Assembly: GCA_963794325.1 (NCBI GenBank)
Contig: CAWCDG010000004.1
Span: 544,001-608,000 of the forward strand
DNA: 64,000 bases
Direction of reading: 5' to 3'
From: an uncultured delta proteobacterium
GTDB taxonomy: Bacteria > Desulfobacterota > Binatia > Binatales > Binataceae
Positions within the stretch are counted from its first letter, which is position 1, and the number at the start of each line of letters is the position of its first letter. The notes below the pieces were generated by a model. It was not told the DNA's origin, ran no database searches, and worked only from the letters and a program-made list of their open reading frames with translations. Shown here piece by piece: positions 58,815 through 64,000 of this stretch. Position numbers and translations under genes: made by a program.

Positions 58815-59387
58815 CTACAGCTCTTCGAAGACGAATTGGTCGTTGGTGTAAACGCAGATTTCCGACGCGATTTTCATCGCGCTTTCGGCGATCTGCCGGG
58901 CCGTCATGCCTGAGCCATGCCGAATCAGCGCGCGTGCGGCAGACAGCGCATAGTTGCCGCCGGATCCGATCGCCAATATTCCATCGTCGGCCTCGAGCAC
59001 ATCCCCGACGCCGGAGATAAGCAGCGAGCTCTCCTTGTCTGCGACTACCAGCATCGCCTCGAGCCGCCGCAGGATTCGATCGGTGCGCCAATCCTTGGCC
59101 AGCTCGACCGCCGCGCGCCGGAGCACTCCATTGTATTCCTGCAGCTTCGATTCGAACTTGTCGAATAGCGTCAGCGCATCCGCGGTCGATCCCGCGAAAC
59201 CCGCCAGCACGCGATCCTGATGCAGCCGGCGCACTTTCTTCGCCTTGCCTTTCATGATCGTTTGGCCGACGGTCACCTGCCCGTCACCCGCCATTACGAC
59301 GTGCCCTTCGTGGCGCACGCTCAGAATCGTGGTGTGGCGAAACACGACGCCCGGCTCGATACCTCTGTCAGACTCGTGGAAAGGCAC
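58815..59387 (-). CDS. hslV: ATP-dependent protease subunit HslV
   Basis: [25 protein letters not shown]; exact start uncertain. Confidence 0.96.
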   Translation of the reverse strand: MPFHESDRGIEPGVVFRHTTILSVRHEGHVVMAGDGQVTVGQTIMKGKAKKVRRLHQDRVLAGFAGSTADALTLFDKFESKLQEYNGVLRRAAVELAKDWRTDRILRRLEAMLVVADKESSLLISGVGDVLEADDGILAIGSGGNYALSAARALIRHGSGMTARQIAESAMKIASEICVYTNDQFVFEEL

Positions 59388-60297
59388 GTCGATAAACCTC
59401 TTTCAAATGATTCACGCTCACATGAGTATAGCGCTGCGTGGTCGCCAAACTCGCATGCCCGAGCATCTCCTGTATCGATCGCAAATCGGCGCCATTGCCA
59501 AGCATATGCGTTGCGAACGAGTGACGCAGCCCGTGCGGTGTGACGCCCGCGGTGAGCCCGGCGGCCTCGATTCTCTTCTGTAGAATCATTTCGACGCTGC
59601 GCGTGGTCAGCCGTCCGCCGCGAAGATTCGTGATGACGGGACCATCATGCTCCCATGCCACCGGCATCGCAGTCTTCCACTTTTTCAATGCGTCCAGGGC
59701 GGGCTCGCCGAGCGGCACGAGACGATCCTTGTTACCCTTGCCCGCTCGGACCATCACCATTCCAAGCTCTTCGTCGATATCGCGCCAGTTGAGGCCGACC
59801 AGCTCGCCGACGCGCAGGCCTGACGAGTACAGCGTCTCGAAGATCGCGCGATCGCGGATGGAGGCGGGCGTGGAGTCGTCGGGCGATGACGAAAATTCGA
59901 GCAGGCGGCGAACTTCGTCCTCCTGCAATATCGAAGGCAGGCCCCTGACGTTCTTGGGCGAGCGAATCGTGCGCGCAGGACTTGCGGCGCCAATCGTCGT
60001 CTCGCGATAACGGAAAAACGCCTTGATCGCGCTCAGCCGGCGTTGAACGGTGGCCCGAGCAGCATTGTTTTTCATCAGTTCAGCAAGGTAGCTGCGGACA
60101 TGATCTGCCGTGATACTTGCGACCTCGATCTCGTCGAGACGCTTGCCCAATATCGCCGCCCGCTCGATCAGAAAACTTCGGAACGCTAGCAGGTCGCGGC
60201 GATAGTTCGTCACGGTATTGTCGGCGGCGCGCGACGCTTTTTTCAGTGCGCCAGCAAACGCCTCGACCTCGGCTCCCATCATCTCGCGCGCACCCAT
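59368..60297 (-). CDS. xerC: Tyrosine recombinase XerC
   Basis: [36 protein letters not shown]; upstream of hslVU. Confidence 0.9.
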   Translation of the reverse strand: MGAREMMGAEVEAFAGALKKASRAADNTVTNYRRDLLAFRSFLIERAAILGKRLDEIEVASITADHVRSYLAELMKNNAARATVQRRLSAIKAFFRYRETTIGAASPARTIRSPKNVRGLPSILQEDEVRRLLEFSSSPDDSTPASIRDRAIFETLYSSGLRVGELVGLNWRDIDEELGMVMVRAGKGNKDRLVPLGEPALDALKKWKTAMPVAWEHDGPVITNLRGGRLTTRSVEMILQKRIEAAGLTAGVTPHGLRHSFATHMLGNGADLRSIQEMLGHASLATTQRYTHVSVNHLKEVYRRAFPRV

Positions 60298-60378
60298 CTG
60301 AGCCGTTATGCTATCAGCGGCGATTCGACCGACAAAGCGCGCTTTTTTCGTGCGACACCAAGAACCCCAGCCTTAGCT

Positions 60379-60669
60379 ATGAACTGTTGGCATTGCGCGA
60401 AAAAAATCGAAGTCGTCACCGGTGAGCGCATCGGTTTTCGCGACGAATGCCCCGGATGCGGCCGCGCGCTACATTCATGCCGCAACTGCGGGTTTTACGA
60501 TCCGTCGTACAACAACAGTTGCCGGGAGACGATGGCGGAGCGGGTGGTTGACAAGGAACGTTTCAACTTCTGCGAGTATTTTATTCCGAGCGACGCGACT
60601 GCCAAGCCGCCCGTGAAAAGCCAAAAGACCGGCGCGCAGGACAAGCTGGAGGCTCTTTTCAAAAAGTAA
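60379..60669 (+). CDS. Hypothetical Cys-rich (zinc-finger-like) protein
   Basis: CWHC, CPGC...HSCRNC, C, NFCEYF; C-terminal LEALFKK. Confidence 0.8.
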   Translation: MNCWHCAKKIEVVTGERIGFRDECPGCGRALHSCRNCGFYDPSYNNSCRETMAERVVDKERFNFCEYFIPSDATAKPPVKSQKTGAQDKLEALFKK

Positions 60670-60679
60670 TAAAAAAATC

Positions 60680-61108
60680 ATGACACCGCGAAGACTCCAG
60701 CTTCATGACCGATGCGCCGAGCTTCTTTTCGTCGCGGCGTTAGCTTCGATCGTTGCCACCGGATGCCATCCCGCGAACAGCGCGCGTGGCGTCGTAGATC
60801 GCTTCATCGATCAATACTATGTAGCGATCGATCTGAAGGCGGCCGAGCCATTCTGCACCGGACTCGCGCTCGACAAGCTGCATAAAGAGATGACGCTGAT
60901 CGGGAATCAGAAAATCGACGAGAACACGCGCAAGCCAGTCGTGCACTACAAGCTGACCGCCGAGCGCGACGCCACCGACCATATCGAGTTCCTGTTCCGC
61001 GCGACCATCGACGTGCCCGAAGGCGGCACCTTCAATCGCAACTGGCTGATAACGGCGCGCAAAGACGCCGACACGTGGAAAGTCTCGAACTTCGATGACT
61101 ATGAGTAA
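60680..61108 (+). CDS. Hypothetical lipoprotein
   Basis: Lipobox VATGC; overlaps the glmU start. Confidence 0.7.
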   Translation: MTPRRLQLHDRCAELLFVAALASIVATGCHPANSARGVVDRFIDQYYVAIDLKAAEPFCTGLALDKLHKEMTLIGNQKIDENTRKPVVHYKLTAERDATDHIEFLFRATIDVPEGGTFNRNWLITARKDADTWKVSNFDDYE

Positions 61109-62525
61109 CGTCGCCGCGATCATCCTCGCCGCCGGCAAGGGCACAAGGATGCGTTCGCAGCGCGCCAAGGTGCTGCACGAGCTGGGCGGAGAACCGATGA
61201 TTGCGCGCGCGGTTCGCGCAGCCGCCACACTTGAGCCTGATCCAATCGTAATCGTCGTCGGGCATCAGGCGCATGAAGTCGAAGCTGCGGTAAATCTCCC
61301 GAACGCGCGATTCGCGCTCCAGGAGCCCCAGCGCGGCACAGGCGACGCCGCGCGATGCGGGCTCGATCAGCTACCCGCGAACTTCACCGGTGACGTGTTG
61401 ATCACTTACGGCGATATGCCGGCGATCAAGCCGTCAACCCTGCGCGCGTTTCTGGACGCCCATCGTAAGCGCGGCGCAAAGCTCTCGTTCATCAGTATCG
61501 TTCTCGACGATCCCGCTGCGTACGGCCGCGTGATTCGCGGTGCTAGTGGCAACGTCGAGAAAATCGTCGAGTTCCGCGACGCGTCATCCACTGAGCGCGC
61601 CGTCAAGGAAATCAACACCGGGTGTTACCTGGTCGATAGCAATCTGCTTCGTTCTGCGCTGGCGGAACTGAAGCCCGCCAATGCGCAGGATGAGTACTAC
61701 CTGACCGATATCGTCGCGATTGCGCGTGCGCGCAATCAAAAAGTCGAAGCGTGGGTTGCTGACGACCCGGCGGAATTCGCCGGAATCAACTCGCGCGAGG
61801 AGCTGGCAAATATGGAAGCGGAAATTCGTGCAGCGGTTAATCGAAAGCTGATGCGGTCCGGCGTGACGATTGTCGATCCCGCAACCGCCTATATTTCCGA
61901 ACAAGCGGAAATCGCGCCGGATTGCGTGATCGGTCCCAACGTCCAGATTCTCGGCGCGTGCCGCATCGGCGAGGGCGTCCGAATCGACGGCACCGCGTGG
62001 CTGAGCAACGTGACAGTTGGCCCGCGATGCCATCTGAAGCTGGGCGTGCGCGCCGAAGATTGCGTCATCGGCGAGGAATCCGAAATCGGCCCGTTCGCGC
62101 ATCTGCGCGCCGGCACCGAATTACTCGGACACAATCGCATCGGCAATTTCGTCGAGACCAAAAAGGCGCGCCTCGGACGCGGCACCAAGGCCAGTCACCT
62201 GAGCTACCTCGGCGACGCCACGATCGGCGACGACACCAACGTCGGATGCGGCGTTATCACGGTGAACTACGACGGCTACGACAAGCATCACACGGAAATC
62301 GGCGACCGCTGCATGGTCGGATGCGACACCCAGCTGGTCGCGCCAGTAAAGGTCGGCAGCGACGTGTACGTCGCGTCCGGCACGACGATTATTCGCGAAG
62401 TTCCCGACGGCTCGCTGGTGATGTCGCATCACCCGCAGCGCGAAAAGTCCGGCTGGATGGCAACCTGGCGCAAGCGCCACAACGACAGCCCCGATGGGAG
62501 TTTGCGGCGTAAGAAGGATCACTAA
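61101..62525 (+). CDS. glmU: Bifunctional UDP-GlcNAc pyrophosphorylase/glucosamine-1-phosphate acetyltransferase
   Basis: LAAGKGTRMRS, YGD, EYYLTD, GNFVETK, HLSYLGD, NYDG. Confidence 0.97.
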   Translation: MSNVAAIILAAGKGTRMRSQRAKVLHELGGEPMIARAVRAAATLEPDPIVIVVGHQAHEVEAAVNLPNARFALQEPQRGTGDAARCGLDQLPANFTGDVLITYGDMPAIKPSTLRAFLDAHRKRGAKLSFISIVLDDPAAYGRVIRGASGNVEKIVEFRDASSTERAVKEINTGCYLVDSNLLRSALAELKPANAQDEYYLTDIVAIARARNQKVEAWVADDPAEFAGINSREELANMEAEIRAAVNRKLMRSGVTIVDPATAYISEQAEIAPDCVIGPNVQILGACRIGEGVRIDGTAWLSNVTVGPRCHLKLGVRAEDCVIGEESEIGPFAHLRAGTELLGHNRIGNFVETKKARLGRGTKASHLSYLGDATIGDDTNVGCGVITVNYDGYDKHHTEIGDRCMVGCDTQLVAPVKVGSDVYVASGTTIIREVPDGSLVMSHHPQREKSGWMATWRKRHNDSPDGSLRRKKDH

Positions 62526-62610
62526 GACTCGTCGCTTGAACTCGGTCGGCTGAACGAGAATAATCAACACAACGAGGTGACGGTCGAGCGATAGAAAATA
62601 AGAATCGAGA

Positions 62611-62763
62611 GTAGCGCCAGGACTCGCGGCCCTTACACGCTGCGAGTTGACGAGGTGGAAGCAGTATCGAAAGATTCGGCGGATGGCTTCCCGGCTCCAC
62701 AGTCGATAGAGGCGAGAATTGAAACCGTGCGGTTGACCGCGCGACAAAATGCGCCTCGAGTGG
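62611..62763 (+). ncRNA. glmS ribozyme (GlcN6P-activated self-cleaving riboswitch)
   Basis: AGCGCCAGGACT-P1-AGTTGACGAGG, TATCGAA..TTCGGCGGATG, CCCGG, P4 with GAAAC/GACAAA, and CCAC/GTGG pseudoknot; upstream of glmS. Confidence 0.92.
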
Positions 62764-62887
62764 CAGAGCATCCGGCTCTGACGTGATCTTCTAAACTCTC
62801 CATACAAACATTTCGCTATCGTTTTCGCTCCGTCTGCGAGTTCGGATAACTCTGCAAACTTCCCTCGCGGGAAAGGAGAGAGCGATC

Positions 62888-64000
62888 ATGTGCGGAATAA
62901 TCGGATACGTCGGGCCGAGCGAGGCCTACCCTATCCTGCTCGAGGGTCTCGGGCGACTGGAATATCGCGGGTACGACTCGGCCGGCATCGCAACTATCGT
63001 CGATAACGGCAAGCTCGAAATTCGCCGCGCCAAAGGCAAGCTCGAAAATTTGCGCCATCTGCTGGCCGACTCGCCTTTGCATGGCCATATCGGAATCGGG
63101 CACACGCGATGGGCGACGCATGGGCGCCCGTCCGAGGAGAACGCGCATCCGCACAAGGCCGGGCCGGTCGCGGTAATTCATAACGGCATAGTCGAGAACT
63201 TTGTCGATCTGCGCGCCGAGCTGCTCTCGCGCGGCCACAAGCTGCGATCCGAAACCGACACCGAGCTGATTTCGCATCTGATCGAAGAGAAACTCAAAAC
63301 TGCGCGTGGCCTGACTGAGGCGGTGCGCGAGGCCGTCCTGCGCATCCGCGGCTCGTTCTCAATCGTCGTGCTGTCGGAAACCGAGCCCGGCAAGCTGGTC
63401 GCCGCCAAGACTGCGACGCCGCTGGTGCTGGGGCTGGGCGACGGCGAGAATTTCATCGCGTCGGACATTCCCGCGATTCTCGAGCATACGCGCAGCTCGA
63501 TCGTCCTCGAAGACGGCGAGCTGGCCGAGGTCACCGCATCGGCGATTCGGCTGATGAAGTTCGACGGCACCCCGATCACTCGCGCGCCGCGTCAAGTCGA
63601 ATGGGACGCTGTCGCAGCGACCAAAACTGGCTTTCGCCATTACCTGCGCAAGGAAATCAACGACCAGCCGCAGGCGTGGATCGACACGATGGCGGGACGC
63701 GCGGACGGCGGCTCGTCGACCGTGCGCTTCGAGGGCGAGCTGCTGCCGGCAGGGCGGGCCTAAGTCGATCGGGCGAATCGTGATGCTCGGTGCGGGCGCC
63801 TCGTGGATCACCGCGCTGGTGGGCAAGTTCATGGTCGAGCATCTCGCCGGGATTCCGGTCGAAGTCGATTACTCATCCGAGTTCCGCTATCGGCGGCCGC
63901 CGATCGACGAGCGCACGATGATCATCGCGGTGTCGCAGTCGGGCGAAACCGCCGACACGATCGCCGCGATGGAAGAAGGGCGCGCGCGCGGGGCGCATCT
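62888..64000 (+). CDS. glmS: Glutamine-fructose-6-phosphate aminotransferase (partial; +1 frameshift near 63751-63760)
   Basis: MCGIIG, EYRGYDSAG, HTRWATHG, HNGIVEN. TAA at 63761, but SIS-domain motifs (SEFRYR, SQSGETADT) continue in the +1 frame to the window end. Confidence 0.92.

Noticed and set aside
59368-60297. Tyrosine recombinase as a phage or island integrase
   Set aside because: XerC-like size and motifs in the housekeeping xerC-hslV-hslU context; no att sites or cargo

Overview
High-GC bacterial chromosomal segment. The gene order xerC-hslVU-argBDFGH-lipoprotein-lysA-dapF-dapA and the many LLM, ACAD, amidohydrolase and F420-type enzymes suggest a Desulfobacterota_B/Candidatus Binatia-like organism (inference). 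The left part is a nitrogen locus: gltB with an Lrp regulator, and a same-strand cluster of sensor kinase, NarL-type regulator, Amt, APC permease, PP2C phosphatase, Ser/Thr kinase and a second Amt, with no PII gene. This cluster also has a sigma54 promoter and a highly structured amt leader. The middle holds accessory catabolic and redox genes, a BrnTA toxin-antitoxin pair and a ClC-CBS transporter. The right part is housekeeping (his, rib, lys/dap, arg, hslUV, xerC, glmU, glmS). Signals missed by the ORF track: a UGA-recoded selenoprotein (peroxiredoxin-like UxxC plus DsbD-N domain) with a SECIS-like hairpin, a glmS ribozyme between glmU and glmS, a 59-aa Cys/His-rich ORF between argG and argH, a duplicated promoter flanking a PepSY gene, a three-hairpin intergenic repeat family, an archaeal-type lumazine synthase, and a +1 frameshift in glmS. 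No tRNA, rRNA, CRISPR array or transposase was seen.
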